A DNA stretch of 64,000 nucleotides from Aulosira sp. ZfuVER01 (lineage in GTDB: Bacteria; Cyanobacteriota; Cyanobacteriia; Cyanobacteriales; Nostocaceae), in the NCBI GenBank assembly GCA_034530615.2, contig JAVRCV020000059.1, positions 1-64,000 on the forward strand, read 5' to 3'. Positions within the stretch are counted from its first letter, which is position 1; each line of letters opens with the position of its first letter. The position numbers and the translations under genes were made by a program. This document shows, in pieces, positions 39,650 through 49,563 of the stretch. The notes beneath the pieces were generated by a model. That model was not told the DNA's origin. It worked only from the letters and a program-made list of their open reading frames with translations, and did not search any database.

Positions 39650-40366
39650 TTAAGCCAAATCGAAAAGCAGGATTTCTGCACTAGCCTTGGTGCTGATTTC
39701 GAGTTTCTCTTCGCCACTAACTTGTACGCCATCGCCTGTTTTGAGTTCCTCGCCATTGAGAGTGGCTACACCTTGGGCGACGTGTAACCAGGCATGGCGA
39801 TCGCTCTTGATGTGATAATTAACAACATCACCCTTTTCCAGAATAGATGCGTATAGATCGAGATCTTGATGAACTACCACAGCGCCATCACGCCCATCTT
39901 TAGCAGCAATTAAGCGTAGTTTTCCCCGCTTCTCTTCTACGGGAAAGTTTTTTTGGTCGTACCTTGGCGTTAAACCTAGCTGATTGGGCAACATCCAGAT
40001 TTGCAGAAAGTGAACCGGCTCAGTTCGCGAATGATTATATTCACTGTGAGTAATACCAGTACCAGCACTCATAATTTGTGCGTCACCAGGACGAATCACC
40101 GAACCTGTTCCTAAGCTATCTTTATGCTCTAAAGCGCCTGATAAGACATAAGTGAGGATTTCCATATCTCGATGTCCGTGGGTTCCAAAGCCAGCACCAG
40201 GAACAACCGTATCATCGTTGATTACTCTTAGAGAGCGAAATCCCATAAAGTTGGGATCGTAAAAACTACCAAAGGAAAATGTGTGGTAGCTGTTGAGCCA
40301 ACTAATTTTAGTATGACCGCGTAAGTTGCTATTATGAATTACAAAATTCTTGGTATTTTGAGACAT
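39650..40366 (-). CDS. Pirin family protein (YhhW-like)
   Basis: WLNSYHTFSF, LRVINDD, GFGTHGHRDMEI, MSAGTGITHSEYN, FLQIW. Confidence 0.95.
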   Translation of the reverse strand: MSQNTKNFVIHNSNLRGHTKISWLNSYHTFSFGSFYDPNFMGFRSLRVINDDTVVPGAGFGTHGHRDMEILTYVLSGALEHKDSLGTGSVIRPGDAQIMSAGTGITHSEYNHSRTEPVHFLQIWMLPNQLGLTPRYDQKNFPVEEKRGKLRLIAAKDGRDGAVVVHQDLDLYASILEKGDVVNYHIKSDRHAWLHVAQGVATLNGEELKTGDGVQVSGEEKLEISTKASAEILLFDLA

Positions 40367-40642
40367 AAATCTACCTCGTGGATAGTCGATTTTTTGAATT
40401 TACAAATTGAGTAATGTACATTTAAGCAATCCTAATTTTCATGTTTGATTGCCTAAAAGTTGAAATTAAATATTTAGTTTTACTGATTACTGCTACTTAA
40501 GTTGCATTCAAACAGCTAATTTTCTCTGTGCCTGAATTGCTCTATGTTCTTTGTGTGTTGGATTTTTTTCATTGAACGCAACTTGGTATTAGATTTATTT
40601 TTTGAACTATTTAAATAGTAATGTATCTAAATACAAAATGAA

Positions 40643-40669
40643 AAGTACGCACTTAAAAGTGACGTACTT
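40643..40669. promoter_or_regulatory. Near-perfect inverted repeat upstream of pirin, candidate operator
   Basis: aagtacgcactt-aa-aagtgacgtactt. Confidence 0.55.
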
Positions 40670-40898
40670 ACCAAAAAGTTACTACTATCGCAATCCTAAA
40701 TCATTTATGAAAAATTCATCATACTCAGTTAAAGCCCTACCTCCGAAGTTTTAACAAATTAGATAGGGCTGCTAGTGGTCGATGTCATTAATTTTCATGA
40801 GTTCGTAGTCAGAATCCAGACTCAAGCCTTGACTACGAACTTATTCACTTCAGATAACTCATGACATGAACCACTAGAAGTGGAAGGCTCAAAAGTTC

Positions 40899-41468
40899 TT
40901 ACTTGACAGCAGCTGGCTGTTTAGTTGCTTTCACAGCAGATGCGCCATTCTCACCTTTGATTTCAGCTACTTGCAGATGAGCTTCTAAGAACCAAAGACG
41001 TTTATCAATGGTGCGAGAAACTTCAGTATACAGGTCAGCAGTATCAAGATCGCCTAAATCATTGGTTTTGGCGATCGCTTCTCGCACATGTTTAGCATAA
41101 GGTGCGAAGCGATCTGCTAAAGCGGTTACATGGTCTTTGCCATCTAAAATATCAAAGGGGTATTCTGGCAAAATTGAATTGCTAGCTGCGGCGCGAGCTG
41201 TTCCGACGGCGTAGCCACCCAAAGCTGTGACACGTTCGGCAAACATATCAACGTACTCTTCCAGTTCGCCAGCCAGTTCATCGAACAATTCATGCAACTG
41301 ATAAAAATCAGTGCCTTTAACATTCCAATGGGCTTGTTTTACTTGGGTTTTCAAGTCCAGAGTAGCTGCCAAAGTTTGGTTGAGAATTACCACAATTTGC
41401 GATCGCGCTTCGGCAGGAATATCAATGCGGGTGGGATAAAGACGGGATGCAAGTTTATTGTCGCTCAT
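40899..41468 (-). CDS. dps: Dps (DNA starvation/stationary phase protection) protein
   Basis: KQAHWNVKG..FYQLHELFDE, D..AER, D.DTADL, DKRLWFLEAHL. Confidence 0.95.
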   Translation of the reverse strand: MSDNKLASRLYPTRIDIPAEARSQIVVILNQTLAATLDLKTQVKQAHWNVKGTDFYQLHELFDELAGELEEYVDMFAERVTALGGYAVGTARAAASNSILPEYPFDILDGKDHVTALADRFAPYAKHVREAIAKTNDLGDLDTADLYTEVSRTIDKRLWFLEAHLQVAEIKGENGASAVKATKQPAAVK

Positions 41469-41598
41469 GTGTTGTATCTGCTTGGAATATCTTCACAATA
41501 ACTCTACAAATAGTGCTTGAGTTTTTGGAACTTCCTAGAGACAGAGGGAATTTAGAAATTCATCAGTTATTATCTTCTTCATGAGCAAATTAGCTCAC

Positions 41599-42651
41599 TC
41601 AGGCTCGATGGTTATCTAGGGCACTAAATGTGCCACCAAAAAGGCGATCGCGGATTGTATCATTCTGCAAGAAATCATGGGGAAAACCCAGATCAATTTG
41701 ACTGACTTCATTGAGGCGTTGCAGATGTTCTGGTGATAAAGTGACATCTAAAGCTGCTAAGTTATCTTGAAACTGACTGAGCTTCCGTGCGCCGATAATC
41801 GGGATAACTACACCACTTTGAGCGTGTAACCAAGCTATTGCTACCTGTGAAGGTGTGTGTCCAATTTCCGCCGCAACTTGACTGACAACATCTGCGATCG
41901 CTAAACTGCGTTCGGAAATACTTCCAGTTGCAGGATTTGCTAATCGTCCTTGTTCATCCCCTGCTTGCGGCGGCTTGTTATACTTACCTGTGAGTACACC
42001 ACCGCCTAAAGGCGACCAAGGTGTTACAGCCAAATCTAAAGCTTTGGCCATTGGGAGTAAATCCCGTTCTGGCGTGCGTTGAATCAAACTGTATTCTACT
42101 TGCAAAGCGACAAATGGCGTCCAGCCTTGATAGTGAGCGATCGTGTTAGCTTGAGAGATAATCCAAGCAGGTGCGTCAGAAATGCCAACGTAGAGAATCT
42201 TACCTTGACGAACCATATCATCAAGCGATCGCATCACTTCCTCTACAGGTGTTGTAAAATCCCAAGCGTGCAACCAAAATACATCAATGTAGTCAGTATT
42301 CAGCCGTTTCAAACTGCCTTCCAAAGACTGAATTAAATTCTTGCGATGATTACCGCTACCGTTAGGATCGTTCTTGTTGTCGTTCATCCGCAAAGGGAAC
42401 GAATATTTAGTAGCAACAACAAAACGTTCTCGGTCTTGAGCAATTAACTCACCAACAATTTTTTCGCTCGTACCATCTGTATAACCGTTAGCGGTGTCGA
42501 TGAAATTGCCACCTGCTTCCACAAAAGTATCAAAAATCCTTCGACTTTCATCTTGGGAAGCACCCCAACCCCAATCTTCACCAAAGGTCATTGTTCCCAA
42601 GCAGAGTTCTGAAACTCTCAACCCGCTTTTACCTAAAAGTTTGTATCTCAT
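41599..42651 (-). CDS. Aldo/keto reductase
   Basis: LGKSGLRVSELCLGTM, IDTANGY, ATK, SLKRLNTDYID, PWSPLGGG, PIIGA. Confidence 0.95.
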   Translation of the reverse strand: MRYKLLGKSGLRVSELCLGTMTFGEDWGWGASQDESRRIFDTFVEAGGNFIDTANGYTDGTSEKIVGELIAQDRERFVVATKYSFPLRMNDNKNDPNGSGNHRKNLIQSLEGSLKRLNTDYIDVFWLHAWDFTTPVEEVMRSLDDMVRQGKILYVGISDAPAWIISQANTIAHYQGWTPFVALQVEYSLIQRTPERDLLPMAKALDLAVTPWSPLGGGVLTGKYNKPPQAGDEQGRLANPATGSISERSLAIADVVSQVAAEIGHTPSQVAIAWLHAQSGVVIPIIGARKLSQFQDNLAALDVTLSPEHLQRLNEVSQIDLGFPHDFLQNDTIRDRLFGGTFSALDNHRA

Positions 42652-42913
42652 CACGACTCCATGAATGTTACTTGTTTTCTCTATGGTTAAAAATGATTGT
42701 TGAATCACATAGACAATAAAACACAAAGAGGTAAATAGTCTTCTTTCCTAAGATTTGAATTGATTTTTTAATCATATTGACGATTTCAACAATAAATCTT
42801 TCTATTTTGATTGGATTCTCGGAAATTCTAGCAGTCATTACAAATCGCTGAAAAGCTTACTATATGGATTTATTCATTTCATAATTTAGACTTTATACTT
42901 CAGCCTTTCTGTA

Positions 42914-43825
42914 CTAAATTTTTACCTTTTCTCTGTAGACTCTGGGCGTTGTACCCATCAATTTACGGAAGACATTTGTGAAGTGACTTTGATTCTGAAA
43001 ACCGACTTGCTGACAGATTTGATCTATAGTTTGTTCGGTGCGAGTTAAAAGCTTTTTTGCTTTTTCAATTCTGCAACTCATCACGTATTGATGAGGAGCA
43101 AAACCCGTTGACTGTTTAAATAGTCGGGAAAAATGATACATACTCATTCCCACCACAGCAGAAATCTCAGCTAAGGTTAAATCTTGCTCCAGGTTTTCTT
43201 GAATATAGGAAATCGCTTTTCGTAACTTCAGTTGAGAAAGTCCCTGCTCTTGAGAGTAGGTCATACTTATGCCATTAGATACAGAATAATGTTTAAGTAG
43301 GTGGATGCAGAGCGTAGTTGTGAGAGATTCTACGTAAATCCGACTACCCATACCATCTGATTTGAGTTCTGACTGAAGTGCCAGCCCAATCTGTTGAATT
43401 AAGGGGTCTGGTGATGCAAAGCGCGGTACAATCTCGAATCGTTGTAGATCTCCTGCTTCAAACGTGGCATGACTAAACAAAGCTGGTTCTAAACTGATAA
43501 CTAAAAATTCTGCTTCTAATTGCCAACGTGATAAGTGATTGGTATTTGCCGGAAGTATTACCACATCTCCATAGTGGATGTGCTCATTCTGAAGCCTGCC
43601 ATTAAAAACCCGTTCTGTTTTGTGAACGCTTTGGTCTAAGCTAATAGTAACAATATGCTGTTGGCAGTAGTGTTCGGGAGTTTCATAACCAGGCTGTTGA
43701 TGATGATCTAGGCGAACACCATTCCAGTTGGAATCGTAACTCGAAAGCAGGGGCGATCGCGGTAAAATTTCTGAACAAGCATCTCTTTGAGTAAAATCAA
43801 CAGTTAAGATTTTCTCTTCTGCCAT
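42914..43825 (-). CDS. AraC family transcriptional regulator
   Basis: C-terminal double HTH: MSMYHFSRLFKQSTG, VGFQNQSHFT..FRK..GTTP. Confidence 0.95.
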   Translation of the reverse strand: MAEEKILTVDFTQRDACSEILPRSPLLSSYDSNWNGVRLDHHQQPGYETPEHYCQQHIVTISLDQSVHKTERVFNGRLQNEHIHYGDVVILPANTNHLSRWQLEAEFLVISLEPALFSHATFEAGDLQRFEIVPRFASPDPLIQQIGLALQSELKSDGMGSRIYVESLTTTLCIHLLKHYSVSNGISMTYSQEQGLSQLKLRKAISYIQENLEQDLTLAEISAVVGMSMYHFSRLFKQSTGFAPHQYVMSCRIEKAKKLLTRTEQTIDQICQQVGFQNQSHFTNVFRKLMGTTPRVYREKVKI

Positions 43826-43985
43826 TGTTCGCACCCCAGCAAGCTTTCAGATTCAGGTGTAAGGGTATACTTGCATTCTTAAATACCCTAGCTACTCTTT
43901 TGGAGTACAGGTAAGTTAAGTTTACATACAGAAATCTATAATCTCATAGAAACTATATCTCTGCCTGAGGGCATAAGCAAAGCAA

Positions 43986-44396
43986 ATGAATTACTACGTA
44001 ATTTACGATGGCAATTGCAATCTCTGCGTTACTTTGGTGCAATTATTAGAGAGCTTAGACCAAGGAAAGCTGTTTCGCTACAGCCCTATGCAAGATGAAC
44101 AAACACTAGTCAAATTTGGGATTACTCCCCAAGATTGCGAACAGGGGATGATTTTAATTGATGCAAATGCCCCCGAAAGACGTTGGCAAGGCAGTAACGC
44201 AGCTGAAGAAATTGGGCGGTTATTGCCGCTAGGAAGCATATTTGTTGATGCTTATCGAGCATTACCTGGGGTGAAATGGGCAGGCGATCGCTTTTACGAA
44301 CAAATCCGCGATAATCGCTATACCATCTTTGGCAAGCGTTCTAGCACCTATCAATCATCATTCTGTGTCGATAATAACTGCGATGTAGATAATTAA
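43986..44396 (+). CDS. DCC family thiol-disulfide oxidoreductase (DUF393)
   Basis: VIYDGNCNLC (DxxCxxC), YEQIRDNRY.IFG. Confidence 0.9.
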   Translation: MNYYVIYDGNCNLCVTLVQLLESLDQGKLFRYSPMQDEQTLVKFGITPQDCEQGMILIDANAPERRWQGSNAAEEIGRLLPLGSIFVDAYRALPGVKWAGDRFYEQIRDNRYTIFGKRSSTYQSSFCVDNNCDVDN

Positions 44397-44611
44397 GTAG
44401 TGTATTTACTGAGATAAGCAATTGAGTTTTGAAGCTTACTAAAGCACTAGCAAAATTACTCAATTCGATAGAGTTTTTTCGCCAAATCTTCTCTATATAG
44501 GTGAATAGACAAGCTTTTTCGCTAAAAAAAATCCACCTGTGGGTGCTAGAAAAATGTTGGCTAAACGCTACATGATGCTATCTGGCGCGACATCTAATGG
44601 GAGGATACTGC

Positions 44612-46456
44612 GTGAGAACTGGTGCTAACTACTTGGGTAACGGAGAGTGTGAATTTACAGTTTGGTCGCCAACATTAAACAGCGTGGCAGTGCAAATTTT
44701 GGCACCACAGGAGCAAGTAATTCCCCTGAAACCACAGGCAGAGGGATATTGGCAGACGAAAGTGAATGATGTCTATCCAGGCACACTTTATCGCTATGTT
44801 TTGGATGGCGAAAACGCTTTTGCCGATCCTGCATCATACTATCAACCCCAAGGAGTTCACGGGCCGTCGCAAGTTGTCGATCATCAGTTTGAGTGGACAG
44901 ATGACAACTGGACTGGCGTGCCATTGGAATCGATGATTTTCTATGAACTCCACGTTGGCACATTTACACCCGAAGGCACCTTCACCGCCATCATTCCCCG
45001 CCTAGCAGATTTAAAAGAACTGGGAATTAATGCCATTGAACTCATGCCCATCGCCCAGTTCCCTGGCGACACCCATATCGAACCCTCTCTGGCATACCGC
45101 AACTGGGGCTATGATGGCGTTTACCCCTTTGCAATACAAAATTCCTATGGTACTCCCGCCGATTTAAAGCAGTTGGTAAATGCTTGTCACCAACACGGTA
45201 TTGCTGTAGTGCTGGATGTGGTTTATAACCACTTTGGCCCAGAAGGTAACTATATGGGTCAGTTTGCACCCTATTTTACTAAAACCTATAAGACCCCTTG
45301 GGGCAACGCCATGAATTTTGATGATGCCCACAGTCAAGGTGTGCGTCACTATTTTATTCAGAATGCCCTGTATTGGTTGGGAGATTTCCATATTGATGCA
45401 TTACGCCTCGATGCAATTCAGGCAATATACGATTTAGGCGCAAAGCATTTCCTGTGGGAATTAGCCGAAGCAGTTCATAGCTTTTCCCAGAATGGAGGAC
45501 GCAAACGCTACTTAATTGCCGAAAGCGACTTGAATAATCCCCAAATCATTCGTCCAGCAGAATTAGGTGGCTATGGACTTGATGCCCAATGGAGTGATGA
45601 CTTTCACCACGCATTGCACGCATTGTTAACAGGCGATCGCCAAGGATATTATCAAGACTTTGGACAATGCGCCCAACTAGCCAAAGCTTATCAAGATACC
45701 TTTGTCTACGATTGGCAGTATGCACCTCATCGTAAACGATTTCATGGTATATCTTGCCGTGATCGCCCACCTTCGCAATTTTCAGTCTGCATTCAGAATC
45801 ACGACCAAATCGGCAATCAAATGAAAGGCGATCGCCTTTGGAATCGTGTATCCTTTGAAGGATTGAAATTAGCTGCTGGGGCTGTTTTGCTATCACCCTA
45901 CTTACCTCTATTATTCATGGGTGAAGAATACGGCGAAACTGCACCCTTTATGTACTTTGTCAGTCACTCCGACCCCGATTTAATTCAAGCAGTACGCGCC
46001 GGACGCAAACAAGAATTTGAAGCCTTTCACTATGACGAAGATCCACCAGATCCAGAATCAGCAGAAACCTTTTTGCGTTGTAAACTCAACTGGCAATTAC
46101 GCAACGAAGGCCAACACAAAGTTTTACTAGATTGGTATCGCCAGTTAATAGATTGGCGCAAAGCACATCCCGCATTGCTGAAGCAAGATCGCAACTGCAT
46201 CGAAGCAACTAGCGACGAAGACAAACAATTAGTCATCGTGCGGCGTTGGAGTGAATCAAGTGAAGTGATATTTGCACTGAATTTCAATCAATCGCCAATA
46301 ACAGTAACCTTACCAATTGAAAGCACTGCTCACAAAAAATTAGACTCAGCAGATACATCATGGAATGGCCTCGGTTCACAAGCACCTGAACATCTCTCCG
46401 TAGGACAAGAAATCACACTGCAACCAACCAGTTTGGTGCTGTACGAACTCAATTAA
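44612..46456 (+). CDS. treZ: Malto-oligosyltrehalose trehalohydrolase
   Basis: YELHVGTFTPEGTF, NWGYDG, LDVVYNHFGPEGNY, LRLDA, QNHDQIGN; GTG start with ggagg RBS. Confidence 0.95.
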   Translation: MRTGANYLGNGECEFTVWSPTLNSVAVQILAPQEQVIPLKPQAEGYWQTKVNDVYPGTLYRYVLDGENAFADPASYYQPQGVHGPSQVVDHQFEWTDDNWTGVPLESMIFYELHVGTFTPEGTFTAIIPRLADLKELGINAIELMPIAQFPGDTHIEPSLAYRNWGYDGVYPFAIQNSYGTPADLKQLVNACHQHGIAVVLDVVYNHFGPEGNYMGQFAPYFTKTYKTPWGNAMNFDDAHSQGVRHYFIQNALYWLGDFHIDALRLDAIQAIYDLGAKHFLWELAEAVHSFSQNGGRKRYLIAESDLNNPQIIRPAELGGYGLDAQWSDDFHHALHALLTGDRQGYYQDFGQCAQLAKAYQDTFVYDWQYAPHRKRFHGISCRDRPPSQFSVCIQNHDQIGNQMKGDRLWNRVSFEGLKLAAGAVLLSPYLPLLFMGEEYGETAPFMYFVSHSDPDLIQAVRAGRKQEFEAFHYDEDPPDPESAETFLRCKLNWQLRNEGQHKVLLDWYRQLIDWRKAHPALLKQDRNCIEATSDEDKQLVIVRRWSESSEVIFALNFNQSPITVTLPIESTAHKKLDSADTSWNGLGSQAPEHLSVGQEITLQPTSLVLYELN

Positions 46457-46573
46457 TTACTCTTTCCTCTGTGCCCTCTGCGTCTCTGCGGTTTGTAAAA
46501 AATGGCAAAGAAGTTTCGCGCAAAGGCGCAAAGAAAAATATTCCCCTCATTTCCCAGTCAACACAACAATCCT

Positions 46574-49366
46574 ATGCGAATTCCCAAAGCTACTTATAGA
46601 ATACAATTTACATCCCAATTTAACTTTGACAACGCCAAAGCGATCGCATCTTACCTCGCAGATTTAGGCATTTCCGATTTATACGCCTCCCCCATCTTCA
46701 AATCACGCTCCGGTAGTACGCATGGTTACGATGTAGTAGATGCTGCTCAACTCAATCCCGAACTAGGTACTACCGAGTCCTTTGAAGCCTTAGTCAGCGA
46801 ACTTCAAACCCTTGGTATCGGCTGGTTACAAGATATTGTACCCAACCACATGGCTTATAGTAGCGAAAACCCATACTTAATGGACGTGTTAGAACACGGC
46901 CCCGATTCTAGCTACACAGACTACTTTGATTTGAGTTGGAATGCTCCGTTTGGCGATCGCCAAGAACGAATTCTCGCTCCCCTACTAGGAGACTTTTACG
47001 GTGTTTCTCTAGAAAAAGGAGACATCCAACTGCAATATGAACAAAACGGTTTAACTGTCAATTATTACAGTTTAAAATTACCCCTGCGGTTAGAGTCTTA
47101 CACCAAATTCCTCACTTATAATCTCGGCAAACTTACCCGCACTCTCGGACGCAATCATCCCGATTTCATCAAGCTATTGGGTATTCTCTACATTCTCAAA
47201 AATGTGCCCTCAGAAGTGGCTGGTAAACAGCGACAAGACCAAATCGCTTTTATCAAAGGCTTGGTTTGGGAACTTTACAATAGTAATGATGATATCCGCG
47301 ATTTCATTGATGAGAACCTCAAAACCTTCAACGGAGAAGCGGGTAATTCAGAAAGCTTTAACTTACTAGATGATTTATTAAAAGACCAATTTTATCGCCT
47401 TGCTTTTTGGAAAGTTGGCGCGGAAGAAATGAACTATCGCCGCTTCTTTACTGTCAACGAACTCATTTCTGTAAAAGTTGAAGAACTGCGAGTATTTAAT
47501 AATACTCATAGCTTGATTCAAAAGCTAGTAGAAGAAGGTAAGTTTACTGGTTTACGCATCGATCATATTGATGGACTTTATAATCCAACACAGTATCTAG
47601 AACGACTCCAAGAAAAAATGGGTGATGTTTACATCACAGTCGAAAAAATCTTGGAACTTACTGAAGATTTACCAGAAAATTGGAGAATTGAAGGTACATC
47701 TGGATACGACTTTTTAAATTATGTCAATGGTGTATTCTGCCAATCAGAAAATCAGTCGCAGTTTGAGAAAATCTACCATAGCTTCATTGGTGCGAGAGTA
47801 GATTATGCATCTCTTGTCAAGAGTAATAAGCACCTGATTTTGGAAAAAAACTTAGCAGGTGATGTTGATAATCTCGCTATTCTGTTAAAGAATATTTCCA
47901 GCAAATATCGCTATGGTAATGACTTTACAGTTAATGGATTAAAACGAGCGATCGCAGAAGTTCTCACCCTATTCCCGATTTATCGCACCTACATTACTCC
48001 CGATGGTATTCATGATAGCGATCGCGTCTACATTGAGGAAGTAATTCGCCAAGCCAAGGAACAAGCACCGCTATTGCAGCACGAGATGGATTTTATTGAA
48101 AAGCTGATGCTGCTAGAGTTTGATGACTCATTGACGCAAACAGAACGGGAACAATGGCTATATTTTGTCATGCGGATGCAGCAATATACCGGGCCGCTGA
48201 TGGCGAAAGGCGTAGAAGACACCACCTTATATGCTTATAATCGGTTGCTGTCGCTGAATGAAGTAGGCGGAAATCCCAGTCATTTTGGTATTTCTCTAAC
48301 TGACTTTCACACCTTTAACCAAAAGCACCAAGCCAACTGGCCGCATACAATGAACACCACCGCCACCCACGACACCAAGCGCGGTGAAGATGTGCGGGCG
48401 AGGTTAAATGTGCTGTCAGAAATTCCGGATGAGTGGGAGCAACAAGTTAATACTTGGAGTAACCTAAATCAAGGGCTAAAAAGTCAGCGCCACAGATCAT
48501 CTATGCCCGATCGCAATGATGAATATTTTCTCTATCAAACCCTAGTGGGGGCGTTTCCTTTTGCTGAACACGAACAATCATCGTTTGTGGAAAGGGTGAA
48601 GGAATATATTATTAAATCCATTCGCGAAGCGAAAGTGCACACAGCATGGTTGCGTCCTGATAGCGAATATGAAGAGGCTTGTACCTCTTTTGTAGAGAAG
48701 GTACTAGATCCATCAATTTCTCAAGAATTTTTGGCAGATTTTCGCAATTTTCAACAGCGAATTGCAGAATATGGCATCTTCAATTCCCTTTCTCAAACTC
48801 TATTAAAAATTGCTGCTCCGGGTGTACCAGACTTTTACCAAGGAACCGAACTTTGGGAATTAAGTTTAGTCGATCCAGATAACCGCCGCCCTGTAGATTT
48901 TGAGCAGCGACGTAGTTATTTAAGTACGATAAAACAGCAAATAAAGTCAGATATTCTCGGCTTAATTCAAGAGTTACTCACTCAGAAAAATGATGGCAGA
49001 ATCAAATTATTTTTAACAGTGCAAGCCCTCAAAGCTAGGATAGATTATCTGCAATTATTCCAAGACGGTGAATATCTGCCATTAGAAATTCAGGGAACCC
49101 ACGCCGATAATATCATCGCCTTTGCAAGACAACAGGGAAATCAAACAGCGATCGCGATCGCCCCGCGCTTGTTCACTCGCCTAATTCAGCCTGGAGAATA
49201 TCCTTTAGGCGAGTCGGTTTGGCAAGATACCTGCATCCAATTACCTAAAGGTACTTCCTCAACCTGGAAAAATGCCATAACTCAGCAATCCTTAGAGGCT
49301 ACAGGAACATTATCTATTGGTGCAACCCTTGCTCATTTTCCAGTTGCTTTATTGGTGAGTGAATAA
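46574..49366 (+). CDS. treY: Malto-oligosyltrehalose synthase
   Basis: PKATYRIQF, GSTHGYDVVD, DIVPNHM, LRIDHIDGL, THDTKRGED, SLVDPDNRRPVD. Confidence 0.97.
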   Translation: MRIPKATYRIQFTSQFNFDNAKAIASYLADLGISDLYASPIFKSRSGSTHGYDVVDAAQLNPELGTTESFEALVSELQTLGIGWLQDIVPNHMAYSSENPYLMDVLEHGPDSSYTDYFDLSWNAPFGDRQERILAPLLGDFYGVSLEKGDIQLQYEQNGLTVNYYSLKLPLRLESYTKFLTYNLGKLTRTLGRNHPDFIKLLGILYILKNVPSEVAGKQRQDQIAFIKGLVWELYNSNDDIRDFIDENLKTFNGEAGNSESFNLLDDLLKDQFYRLAFWKVGAEEMNYRRFFTVNELISVKVEELRVFNNTHSLIQKLVEEGKFTGLRIDHIDGLYNPTQYLERLQEKMGDVYITVEKILELTEDLPENWRIEGTSGYDFLNYVNGVFCQSENQSQFEKIYHSFIGARVDYASLVKSNKHLILEKNLAGDVDNLAILLKNISSKYRYGNDFTVNGLKRAIAEVLTLFPIYRTYITPDGIHDSDRVYIEEVIRQAKEQAPLLQHEMDFIEKLMLLEFDDSLTQTEREQWLYFVMRMQQYTGPLMAKGVEDTTLYAYNRLLSLNEVGGNPSHFGISLTDFHTFNQKHQANWPHTMNTTATHDTKRGEDVRARLNVLSEIPDEWEQQVNTWSNLNQGLKSQRHRSSMPDRNDEYFLYQTLVGAFPFAEHEQSSFVERVKEYIIKSIREAKVHTAWLRPDSEYEEACTSFVEKVLDPSISQEFLADFRNFQQRIAEYGIFNSLSQTLLKIAAPGVPDFYQGTELWELSLVDPDNRRPVDFEQRRSYLSTIKQQIKSDILGLIQELLTQKNDGRIKLFLTVQALKARIDYLQLFQDGEYLPLEIQGTHADNIIAFARQQGNQTAIAIAPRLFTRLIQPGEYPLGESVWQDTCIQLPKGTSSTWKNAITQQSLEATGTLSIGATLAHFPVALLVSE

Positions 49367-49384
49367 AAAACCACAGAGACACAG

Positions 49385-49528
49385 TGAGCAGTCCGTTGCG
49401 GAGGTTCCCTCCGTTGTAGGAACTGCGAACCCGAAGGGAGAAACAGGATTACTCTTGCATTCCTCTCTGCGTCTCTGCGCTACGGACACTTTCCTCAAGC
49501 CGGGAAACCCGTCCACGGAAGTGTCCTC
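49385..49528. repeat. Two SDR hairpin elements in opposite orientation (49385-49437, 49482-49528) within ctctgcg tracts
   Basis: gcagtccgttgcggaggttccctccgttgtaggaactgc and ggacactttcctcaagccgggaaacccgtccacggaagtgtcc. Confidence 0.75.
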
Positions 49529-49563
49529 CTCTGCGTGAGAAAAAACTTTTCCATTAATTGCTT

